From Macrostomum lignano (Eukaryota), in contig NIVC01000104.1 of assembly GCA_002269645.1 (NCBI GenBank), positions 897,179-961,178 on the forward strand: 64,000 bases of DNA, given 5' to 3'. A program made the translations under genes and the position numbers. This document shows positions 49,073-60,762 of this stretch, one piece after another. Under the pieces are notes generated by a model. The model ran no database searches. It was given only the letters and a program-made list of their open reading frames with translations, and was not told where the DNA came from. How positions within the stretch are numbered: position 1 is the first letter of the stretch; each line of letters starts with the position of its first letter.

Positions 49073-50138
49073 AGACTCAGGGTAAGACTGCGATGTGCCG
49101 ATTAGACCAGCTGTATTGTGGTAGTGTGGTACAATTCCTCGAGATTTCGCTCTCTCCAGCCAGTCTCAAAATTCTGCCACCCTCCCCAGATCTGACAAAT
49201 ATGAAACTCTGATATTGATGAAGGTCAAAAATAATCAGTTAAGTCGAGAAATGGATGACGTGGAAACAAATTCAGAACTATCAAGAAGTTTGTTTGCAGC
49301 TCCATCAGCGAATTTCAAGCCGCATCGGACAGTGCTGATCCCGACCAAGTGGCCGAAGGAACCGTGAACAGAGCTAAATTTACACACACATTGACCTGTT
49401 TTAGGAGTTGCATGCGTTTATCTTTGGTGTGCAGGACCTGGGGCATCCCGGGAGAGGTCAGTGCCAATGCCAAATCAGACCCAAGTTTGTCTCCAATGAG
49501 TCAGTCCCAGGGCCTTCTGAAAGGCGTTCGGCATCGACCACCAATAGACTGCACTCTGTACTTCTCAAGGCAATTGTCAAGCAGTAAAACAGTATCTGAA
49601 CTGTTGCACTGAACTGTCATTTAAACTGCCAAGAATGCCTGTTTAGCCATCTCTGTCCATTCCAGTGAGCGCAATCGCTAGTGTTTGGGAGTGGAGTTCA
49701 AAAATATCCCTGAGCCGGAATAAAATTCCTTTTTGACTGCTCATTTGACATCATTTATGCCACACCCCGTTAGTCACAATTACCTGAGAGACTGTCATTA
49801 AGCTAGCGAAGTGTCAATCAAAGTCATAAAAAGGTCATAAGAGTCAAATAGACTATTCAGCTGCATACACTTGCACTGACAAAACTCTGCTAAACACACT
49901 TTTGATTGCTGAGCTGTCATGAAGCAAACAATGCTGCCTAATCTTCACAGACAAGCAAGCCATGCAGTCTCTGCTCCGCCCTGCTCACATGAAGGCTTTC
50001 AGCTCAACCAACGTCGCCGCTCCGACCGGAAACACGTGCCAATCCGATGTGCATAAATTCGCATCTGCCGACTGCTCAAGATAACAAGCTCAGACTCGAC
50101 TCAGCTCAAACACTCGAATCGATCCTACTCAAGCAATC

Positions 50139-50327
50139 ATGAAGTGGCAACTCGCTCTCGGACTTTTGCTGTGCGCAGCCCTGGCTGTCGCTGTGCCCAC
50201 CCAGGAGGAGAAGGCTGAGGCCATGGCCGTTCTGGAGGCTCTGTCCAACGTGGACGAGTCCAGCATGTCGGAGGAGGCCGTCGACCACGCCAAGAAGTTC
50301 GTCAGGGTCAGGGTTAGGCTTGGTTAA
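50139..50327 (+). CDS. 62-aa secreted prepropeptide (signal, acidic pro-piece, KK, FVRVRVRL-G), copy 1
   Basis: ATG in CAATCATGA context, hydrophobic signal MKWQLALGLLLCAALAVA, nine acidic residues in the pro-region, a dibasic site and a terminal Gly. High-GC3 codons; CATAAA about 75 bp upstream; duplicated at 53445. Confidence 0.8.
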   Translation: MKWQLALGLLLCAALAVAVPTQEEKAEAMAVLEALSNVDESSMSEEAVDHAKKFVRVRVRLG

Positions 50328-50974
50328 ATGCTACCATAGCCACACCTGACATCCAGCTCACTTTACCGAAGCTTGAGACTCGCTGGCACTGACGACAACT
50401 CACAAATGACCTTTGAACTTTGAATCCCGACCGCAAAATCACGGTTGTATTGACTGATCCGTTTTACAAAATATACCATCGAGAACACAGATTAAGATCT
50501 CAGCAGCACCTTAAGCTTTGTCTTATTGAACATTTTCAATTTCGCCCAGTCGCCAGTCCAGTCTTTGCGTAGTGAACTGGTACTTGAAATTATTTGAAGA
50601 TAATCATTGATTGTAACTTAATAGTTACTACTGGAAGGTTTTGATTTGCTAAATCTCCTTATTAACGGCTACAAAGCATTGGGGAAAAAGTGTAAGGCAG
50701 GAAAAATGCGTCGCGGGCAAGTCTCGTGCTCCCGAGCGCAAAATGGTGGCATTGCGCAAGGCAGTGGTCGACACCGTCAAGCAGTATTGCGCTAAGACAC
50801 AGGAAGCTCTGACTAACTCCCTGGAGAACCTACGAGTAGTTGACGCATTTCACGCTGAGGTATGGTGCCATACCTGCAAGAACAGGCACGATTCTACGGT
50901 TCGTCGACAGCCCGGGCTCTGAGCTTCATTATCTGTATTTTGTGCGGCCGAGAGATTCCCAGAGAGATTACTGC

Positions 50975-52012
50975 TGGAGTGTTTCTGCCGATGTAGTCGA
51001 CTGCGCAGCATGTAACATGTCCCTCGGCCCATTTACTGCAGGAGTGTTTCTGCCGATGTAGTCGACTGCGCAGCATGTAACATGCCCCTCGGCCCATTTA
51101 CTGCAGGAGGGTTTCTGCCGATGTAGTCGACTGCGCAGCATGTAACATGTCCCTCGGCCCATTTACTGCCGGAGTGTTTCTGCCGATGTAGTCGACTGCG
51201 CAGCATGTAACATGTCCCTCGGCCCATTTACTGCCGGAGTGTTTCTGCCGATGTAGTCGACTGCGCAGCATGTAACATGCCCCTCGGCCCATTTACTGCC
51301 GGAGTGTTTCTGCCGATGTAGTCGACTGCGCAGCATGTAACATGTCCCTCGGCCCATTTACTGCCGGAGGGTTTCTGCGGATGTAGTCGACTGCGCAGCA
51401 TGTAACATGTCCCTCGGCCCATTTACTGCAGGAGTGTTTCTGCCGATGTAGTCGACTGCGCAGCATGTAACATGCCCATCGGCCCATTTACTGCCGGAGT
51501 GTTTCTGCCGATGTAGTCGACTACGCAGCATGTAACATGCCCATCGGCCCATTTACTGCCGGAGTGTTTCTGCCGATGTAGTCGACTGCGCAGCATGTAA
51601 CATGTCCCTCGGCCCATTTACTGCCGGAGGGTTTCTGCCGATGTAGTCGACTACGCAGCATGTAACATGCCCATCGGCCCATTTACTGCCGGAGTGTTTC
51701 TGCGGATGTAGTCGACTGCGCAGCATGTAACATGTCCCTCGGCCCATTTACTGCCGGAGTGTTTCTGCCGATGTAGTCGACTGCGCAGCATGTAACATGC
51801 CCATCGGCCCATTTACTGCCGGAGTGTTTCTGCCGATGTAGTCGACTACGCAGCATGTAACATGCCCCTCGGCCCATTTACTGCCGGAGGGTTTCTGCCG
51901 ATGTAGTCGACTACGCAGCATGCAACATGTCCCTCGGCCCATTTACTGCCGGAGGGTTTCTGCCGATGTAGTCGACTGCGCAGCATGTAACATGTCCCTC
52001 GGCCCATTTACT
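50975..52012. repeat. 65-bp tandem array, about 16 copies
   Basis: Unit CTGCCGATGTAGTCGACTGCGCAGCATGTAACATGTCCCTCGGCCCATTTACTGCCGGAGTGTTT, exact 65 periodicity (visible in the ORF track), a few variant sites. Confidence 0.97.
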
Positions 52013-53444
52013 TTAGGCGTCAACGAGTAAAGGTAGGTGCTTGTCCCTTGAAAGGTCCAGCGTAGTAGTCTGGGTGCACTAGGCACCACTTCCCGTGCTC
52101 TTGGCCGTCCCTGCCACAGTTCCATTGATTTCACTTCCCATGAGACTGGAATGCTTTGTGATCCTTGTGTCGCGCATCCAGCTTGCATTGTGGGGCTGTC
52201 TTATTGATTAACAAAGCGTCACTTCCTTTTATTTCTCCTTCGCCGCACGGGACAGCTTCACATGCACTGACCAGACTTCACCTTCTCCCAAGTGATGTCC
52301 TTCAATTTTTCCTTCAGGAGCTTTCTGACAATCTACTTGATGGCCAAGCCAAATACAAACTGGTGGCGGAGCCTATCGTTCAGGCCTGTCAATTCGAAGC
52401 TCTCGACCGCCTGATGAAGCCTTCTGGAGTAAGCAGCAGGTGTGTCTTCGCTATCCTCTTGCTTCAGATAGTGAAAGACGTACCGATAGACCAGTCCTGA
52501 CCTTTATCGCCTTTGATTCTTTAGAAGTTCGTTCATCTCGTCGAAAGTTTTGTCTTGTGGTTTGTGAGGGAGTAAGGCCAGCAGGTTAAAAGCTTTTTTA
52601 CCGAGCTGATCGATGAATGCGTGTCTTCAGGACGTCCTCCTCATACTTATTAACTTCAGCAATTGTCTCCAATGGTTGAAGGCATCGGCTCACTTCAGCC
52701 GAGACGTCTATCTCCAGGGTTTGATCGCAATCGTCGGCGGTGTTGTTTTCCGTTGGAACGGAAGGCGACAAGCAGCTTCATTGGCGATGTAGCAAGCAGC
52801 TACAAATTAAATCCTCCTGTTGAGCAGCTCATCACTGTTACGCTTGTTCTATTTTGAGCCCTGTGGCTCACACGTTTTTGGCAATCGAAGACTAACTAGG
52901 TCGGGAGAATAACTTAAACAGCTTTCCTGTAAGCACACAATCTATATATTCGTATGAGGCGGCTAACAGGGATTATATTGGCTAGATCTGATATCGAAGT
53001 CGCTTAATCAAAGACTGAGGCTGACTGAACTTGACAGCTCGCAGCTGACCGAACTGTGGCTTTTCGTGCAATTCTCGCCAATGGCCCAAAACGATGAGAA
53101 CTTCAGAGTCGATAAAGTGTCAATCAAAGTCATAAAAAGGTCATAAGAGTCAAATAGACTATTCAGCTGCATACACTTGCACTGACAAAACTCTGCTAAA
53201 CACACTTTTTATTGCTGAGCTGTCATGAAGCAAACAATGCTGTCTAATCTTCACAGACAAGCAAGCCATGCAGTCTCTGCTCCGCCCTGCTCACATGAAG
53301 GCTTTCAACTCAACCAACGTCGCCGCTCCGACCGGAAACACGTGCCAATCCGATGTGCATAAATTCGCATCTGCCGACTGCTCAAGATAACAAGCTCAGA
53401 CTCGACTCAGCTCAAACACTCGAATCGATCCTACTCAAGCAATC

Positions 53445-53633
53445 ATGAAGTGGCAACTCGCTCTCGGACTTTTGCTGTGCGCAGCCCTGGCTGTCGCTGT
53501 GCCCACCCAGGAGGAGAAGGCTGAGGCCATGGCCGTTCTGGAGGCTCTGTCCAACGTGGACGAGTCCAGCATGTCGGAGGAGGCCGTCGACCACGCCAAG
53601 AAGTTCGTCAGGGTCAGGGTTAGGCTTGGTTAA
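53445..53633 (+). CDS. 62-aa secreted prepropeptide, copy 2
   Basis: CDS identical to 50139-50327 by eye; offset 3306 bp. Confidence 0.8.
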   Translation: MKWQLALGLLLCAALAVAVPTQEEKAEAMAVLEALSNVDESSMSEEAVDHAKKFVRVRVRLG

Positions 53634-53992
53634 ATGCTACCGCAGCCACACCTGACATCCAGCTCACTTGATCGGAGCTTGAGACTTGCTGGCACTGACG
53701 TATGCACTCTGAACTCTGACTCCTGACGGCATAATTATTGACTGATCAGTTTAACAAAATATGACAACATGAACTCTGTTTCTCAGCAGAACTATAAGCT
53801 TTGTCTGATTTATCAGTTTCACCAAGTCGCCAGCAGTAAAGTAAGCGTAAGTACCTAGGGCTTATCTGAGCAGATATTCATTGATTATAACTTATTTAAG
53901 CCTAAATTCTGATGCTGACTCGATAACATATATAGACGCTAGAGAGCCTCGAAGTTCTAAGGAAAACATCGACGGCTGAATTTTTGAAGTAT

Positions 53993-56900
53993 CCCTATGA
54001 AAAATTGGCCCGAATTTTCGCCCGAAAACATATGAAATTGGGCCCGGAACTTTAAATTTGCGGGTGAAAACTAAAAAGCGGTCGATTCACCCGGAAAGCA
54101 CGCCGACAAAACGGTTGAAACTAAATCGGGCGAAAAAGCGGGACTCTCGCCCGGAAAGCGGGGAAAGCAGAAACGGCCCAGACGTGCGGGTCTCTAGCCC
54201 GTTTTTTTCTAAAAGCGTGTCCTGAGGGACTTTGACGTGACGATGCAGATTAAAAATGGGTTTAAATCAATATAGCTAAACGAGTAGGAAGCTAGGTGCC
54301 CAGGTTCCAAGATTCAACCGTACATGTAGGTTTATTATTTTAAAAAGTACTATTATAGGAGTTTATATATCGATCACAAATGGTGGGAAATAATGTGTCG
54401 AAATCATTACTTCCATGCCCTTTTGGGGAATCTTTTTGCATGCTAATCTTTAATTTTTTACACGAGCTGCGTCTGGGGACTGCGTTTAAAATTTTGACGC
54501 GGCTGAGATGCGGCTGGCGACATGGAAGTGAAATCATTTACAATCGCTTACTATAAATACCTGTTTCTGAATAAGCTATTCACAGGCTAAAATCTATTTT
54601 TATTAAGTATTTGCTGTGCTTTTCACTCTTTCATTGCGCTGACCAATGTGAAAAAAAGCTAGGAAACTATTTTGTTTGTTTTTGTTACTCGAAAAATATT
54701 TAAATTTCAGACGCCACGTTTTCAGAACTTCGATATTTTATGTGCTAGCTAGTGAAGCGTGTTTTGTTACTTTTGTATTAATTTATCATAATCTAACAGA
54801 CAAAGTTTATTTAACTTCAAAAATAGTCAATGTGAATTATTTCACTAAATGAGTCAATAGCAAGGACTGACCCCCTGCCCCTGCCCTGGTTCAGGAATTG
54901 GCAGTCACATAGTTAATTATAATTTAATTAAGTCCAGTAATTAGCCTATTTATTTATTTCTTAAAGTTAGTAAAAATAGAAAATAATTTAGAAAACTTAT
55001 CCTGATTAATATTTCACCTATAATGAAGATAGTATTGTATATGAGCACAGAGAGCTTGCTGAATGGTAAAAAGTTTTAGAACATAAGTAACAAATCAATT
55101 TTAAAAACCATTTATAAAGTCCAAATATAGCTCGTAAAACTCTGAGTAGCATTAATATAATTTTTGCTTTTTCAAGTTTGTATAGTCTATATAGTACTTT
55201 TTAGAAAGCTATGTATTCACATTATTTTTTAATCTGTATGCTTTTTGTATTTTATTTAATATAATTTTGATAACTTATTATATTCTAAGGGAACCTAAAG
55301 CCTAGAACTGAGCATTTTTCAAGGAAGCTAATAACTTGAAAAAGTTTTGCAATTTAACATATTCCCAGAGATAAAGGCCCTTTATATCTTATAAATAAGC
55401 CTTCTTTTTGCTCTTATATGAATGTTTTAGATCTAATAATCTGAATATGTTTTGTAGAATAAACATTTACCATCAGATTTAACATTCCAAGCACTGTACT
55501 TATACCATTATAATTAAAGAAAAATTATTAATAATCAATTTTGTTGCCTTTTAATTTAGGTTTAGATTTTATTGCTCAATAAACAGAATTTTAGCATCAT
55601 CATACCATGCTCCTAAGTCATTTATGCTATGTATACATGCCCCTCAGCCAAGTTTTCCTCTGGCCATTAATGTCTGATGACATTGGACTGCTAAGCGTCG
55701 TCGCCGGGATTATGCCGTGCACTACAGGACTGGTGTTAGGCGACATACTCCAGCCCAAACAGTCTATTTTAAAGTCATGTAAAATCACAAAATCCGAGCT
55801 GCAGTGTGCCTACTCCCGATGCCGAGAGGGCCAACTACCGAGAAAGACCAGCGTCGCTAGAAAGGCGACGAAGACCAAACCAGGTGATGTTTTCATTTTT
55901 TTGTATTGTAGTGTTGTTTAAAACGTTATTGACGCTTTTCTGCAACTGCGCCCCCTTCTACTCCAGGTGCGCTGCTTCGATTAGCTGGTGCTGCAGCATC
56001 TCAGCTGCCAGAATCTGCTGTTACGCCACCCAGCACCAGGCTCACAACCAGTGACACTGCTAACATGTTCAATCAAGCGCAGTATCGCATCCTGTCGCTC
56101 GCTGAGTTATAAATCTATACCTAAACTTTGAACTTATGAATTTCTATCGCATTTGCTTTTGTTCTACACTGATTTGTTTTTTTCATTGCTTCGTAATGTG
56201 GCTGCGACTGGGAGGGAGGGATCTCGAAGTCACCTTAATTTGCACCAGACCCCATTACTGATCTCGGTTCTTCCTATCCTTCCGAATGTTGCTATTTCCC
56301 CCTCACATCGTTTCTCTCCTTTCTCCGTGGTCGCGCTAATACTTTCCCTATCTTAGCTATTTCACATGTGCATTCTGTGTGCACCCCTCTCCTTGCACTC
56401 TGTGCCTTAGATCTACCTCTTTTCAGTTGCAAACGTACTAGTATATTTGGTTATTTCTTAGCTGCAAATGCCCTATAAATAGTTAGTTATTTCTCCTTTT
56501 TATGGTTTTCTTCAGAATTTCTCTACGTCAAGCCCCTTCATGTTATCTTCTTTACAACTTTGTTTGTTTCTGTTTCGATTCTTTTCTTAACCCTCCTTTG
56601 CTTTTATTACTTTAATGCTTTAATGCTTTTGCTTACTGAACGTATTGAATGCATACATTAAATATTTAAATAAACTATCGCTCACACTTTTTCTTATTAT
56701 GTGGCCAAGCTTAAACATTTCTATCTAGATCTAGATTTCTTATTGAATCCCTCCAGAATTGCCTTATTTTTCTTCTCGATACATGTAGCTCTCTTGGAGG
56801 GGGTCATTTAGCTCGTACATGCAAAATCTTCCTATTCAACTAGATACAAGTTTTATTACAGTATGAAAAGTGGCAGTCACCGTAATTAAGTTTATGCCCT

Positions 56901-57208
56901 CTAAAAACTTACTATAATATCGTGCACTATCACTAAGACCAAAAGCAGGAAATATGACCAGCTCTTCGGGCCGGATTTGCAAGCAAAATATCGGTTAACT
57001 GGCCCGGATTTTTCGGCGCAAAATAATTCTGGGTGAATCGCCCGTAAATATTCGGGTATAAATGCGGTTGCATGCACGGGTGCATCGCCCGAAAAACGAA
57101 CTTTTCGTAACGATTCCGGGCCAGTAGCCCGGCAATTTTTACACCCGCAAAGTGCTGACGATTTCGGGTGAAGAGTAGGGTGAAAATTCGGGCCAATTTT
57201 TCATAGGG
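53993..57208. mobile_element. Non-autonomous CMC (EnSpm/CACTA-like) DNA transposon, 3.2 kb
   Basis: Perfect 27-bp TIRs CCCTATGAAAAATTGGCCCGAATTTTC (53993-54019 and 57182-57208) fit the CMCWR terminus. 2-bp TSD AT. Clustered subterminal GCCCG/CGGGC repeats at both ends. No transposase recognised. Confidence 0.8.
55670..56112 (+). CDS. Spliced ORF inside the CMC element, unknown product (about 119 aa from this ATG; may be a fragment)
   Basis: 55670-55883 joins 55967-56112 through an 83-bp phase-1 GT-AG intron without a stop (..KATKTKPG|ALLRLAGAAASQLPES..ILSLAEL*). Confidence 0.4.
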
Positions 57209-57259
57209 ATGTTTCGAAAAGGTAAGAAGTTATTAAGTGATTTATCACAGGTATAACGC

Positions 57260-57396
57260 CCATTCTGCCTCTCCGTGTTGAGAATGTGGAGCACTTCATC
57301 CGTGAATGCCCCGGCCTGCCTTTACTCAGGACAGGTGCACCTTCCTCGTGGCCAAGACCGGATCTTTCTGATGTTTTCAGGCCAGAGAATTTCTGC
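57260..57396 (+). mobile_element. Possible LINE ORF2 C-terminal zinc-knuckle relic
   Basis: ENVEHFIRECP, with a frameshifted upstream FCLS, resembles the C-x2-C..E-x2-E-H-x4-C-P motif; it runs into the GACA tract. Confidence 0.35.
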
Positions 57397-58182
<786 letters not shown>

Positions 58183-60219
58183 TGCAGCAAGGACCACTTC
58201 GTTATAGAAGGATGTTTCCACTCTCGATTCGTGTAAAAATAGTGGAAGGGGAATGAAGGCTGATTTTCGTTGTCGTATACTTTGCTGGGCCAAGCCGGTT
58301 TTGTAAATAGCGTCTAATTTTTTTGACCAATTATAGCACAATAATTCTAGTCTAATTTCGATCGCGTACTTTGAGAATAATTAAAATAGCAAATTAAATA
58401 GTAAATTAAAATAGCAGATAACAAATAGAAATACAGTGTAAAAACATGCATGAAATAGCAACAAGTCTCGGTTCTCGACAGAGAATTTCTATGAAAAAAA
58501 TCGACATTCGACGCCGCGTACAATATTTTCTTATAAAAAATCTAGATAGTGGAGTGCAGCTGTATAATTCCATGTATATTTCAACATCTTGTAAGTAATT
58601 AAATAGACAAAGATAAGATTAAATCGAAATTTCCATCTAAAAATCGAGAGCTATTTTGCGGAGATTAATTAGCTTCTGGGGTTTAACTAATACAGTCGTG
58701 TAGTATCATCTAAGGAATGAGGGTTAGTTTAATAAAATTGATAAAAGTGTAAGTTAAAAAAAGTGGTTAGTTAGCTTTTATTAATTACTAGACATAATTC
58801 GTTGTATAAGCATTTGTGTGGTTTTGTTTTAGTGTTATACCTCTAGCTGTTACTGTCGACAATTATTTTAACACGATACATTAAAAAAGTTTTACAAAGC
58901 GTTCCCTAGCCTAGACTTATCTAAATATCTTTCAAATTAACAAGTCATCTCACAGAAATTTTGATTGAAGGCGAAGCAGCCCAGTACAAATTTCATTGAA
59001 ATTCTAAGCAATCATAGAACATTTACCAGACAAAATAATCCATAATCTAAATATACTAAATCTCTAAGGTTTGTATGCTTGAATTCTTTTCTAAATAAGT
59101 TAAAACTAACCATTATCACGAATCCTGATACTCACATAAAAGTGAGTATGATCATTAATCCATGGTCATGATTTTTACTTAAACATGATTGTAATTTAAC
59201 GCCTCACGGTCACGGATTGTATTAGTGACTTTTAATTGTGATTAAAAATGTCATGTATTTTTTTGATCGTAAATAAACGTTTCTAAGCTTTTTAAATGTC
59301 CAAGTGCATATTAATCTCAAAGTACATAGGCGTTGTTCTTTTCGATATCGTATTTTTCATTTTAAGCCTGCTGTCAGTAATTTTCGAGCGTACACAATTA
59401 CACAAAGAATGTAAAATGGTCTGTCAGTATCTATCATTATCTGTCAGTATCTATCATATTAACTAAAGTGCCAGACACTGTCAGCTATATAGTATATTCA
59501 AAAAGTTTACATTGTGTAAGATGCACTTTAAATTAAATAAGTATATAATTGACGTCTGAAAGAGTATGAATGAATAAACTTGAAATATGCTTATATGAAT
59601 AATTTATCTTGAGAAAAAGAAAATTAAGTGTATCTAAAAGTAACCTAAAAGTAAAGCATAGCCTTTTCTATAGCCAAACTAATAAATATATGCTTTTAAA
59701 AATTGGTTTAAGCCAAAATGTTTCTTGCAATATTTCAAATAAAACATAAAAGATGCAGAAGAAGCTAACTTTGAAAAAAGAAGAAATCCATATACTAAAA
59801 GTGAAAATATCTTTGCTATAACAGTTTTATCAGATAGACTTTCTTTTTTGTAATTCTAATATTTGTCCACTTTTATAAAGAATTCTGATCAGATAGAGTT
59901 ATATTTCTTCTCCACCATTCTTACCAGAAAAAACCAACACTAAAAATGTTTTTGTACTTTAGACAATCATTTAAACTATATTATACTAACTAAAATTATA
60001 GCATAGATGAGTTAAATTGTATTTGATTTTTTAAGAACAAAGGTATCAAAATATTTTATATCTTTCTATTTAATAACTATTATATTATGCTATACAACAA
60101 TTTACCTCTATAAATCTTAAACTATTAATTACGATTCAATTTATTGCATGCTTAGAATCTAGCTCACAATCACAATCTAAAAGCAATCGCTTTGTAAGCA
60201 GGGCAGACACAAGTCGGCC

Positions 60220-60694
60220 ATGTCAGCAGAGCATCAGGAGCAGCAAGATATGCAGCTTGCGCTGCAGGTGACGTCATCATTGTCGCCTAGGACCGATCCG
60301 GCAACCGAGGAGGTGCGCCGATTCCAGCGTCGCCTGGTGTCGCCGATGTGGCGAACTGCCGCTACTGACGGCGACTCCAGCTATTTTCGTCGGCAGATGG
60401 CGCTCAGACGGAGCCTGCCGCCGCGACTTCAACAGCAGCAGCAGCAGCAGCGACAGCGGGGGCGGCAGGCCACGCCGGGGGGGCCGACCCGCTCCTTCAC
60501 CGAGTTCATTTCAGACGTGATTGTGCCGGTAGGATTGACGGGCGCTTTCCATTCAGCAGAATTGTCAGTATAGTTTTGAGCCAGTCTGAATTTGCTTCAT
60601 GCACCCACCAAATCTTTGAACTCCTGCAGATACCCGTGCAGATTCCGCAGGACGAGTACAATTATCAGCGCTCTGTGACGTCGCAGTCATTTCA
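60220..60694 (+). CDS. First two exons of an unidentified gene continuing beyond the window
   Basis: Exon 60220-60528 (donor GTAGGA) and exon 60630-60694 (acceptor CTGCAG, donor GTGCGT) are in frame: ..SFTEFISDVIVP|IPVQIPQDEYNYQRSVTSQSF. A repeat-filled intron follows. Confidence 0.6.
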
Positions 60695-60762
60695 GTGCGT
60701 TGTGTTTATTGCTTTTCTTTTCGAAACTTCGAATGAAAAGAAATAGGATTAAGCTTCCGCCC

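Noticed and set aside
49090-49760. Coding-like minus-strand stretch
   Set aside because: Multiple stops in the best frame and no recognisable motif; not enough support for a call.
50106-50288. Antisense 60-aa ORF over the peptide gene (also 53412-53594)
   Set aside because: Shadow of the sense CDS; no signal features or codon bias of its own.
50894-52188. Series of 64-aa ORFs every 65 bp, resembling a peptide gene family or CRISPR array
   Set aside because: An artefact of a 65-bp tandem unit (three units = 195 nt); no spacers and no signal peptides.
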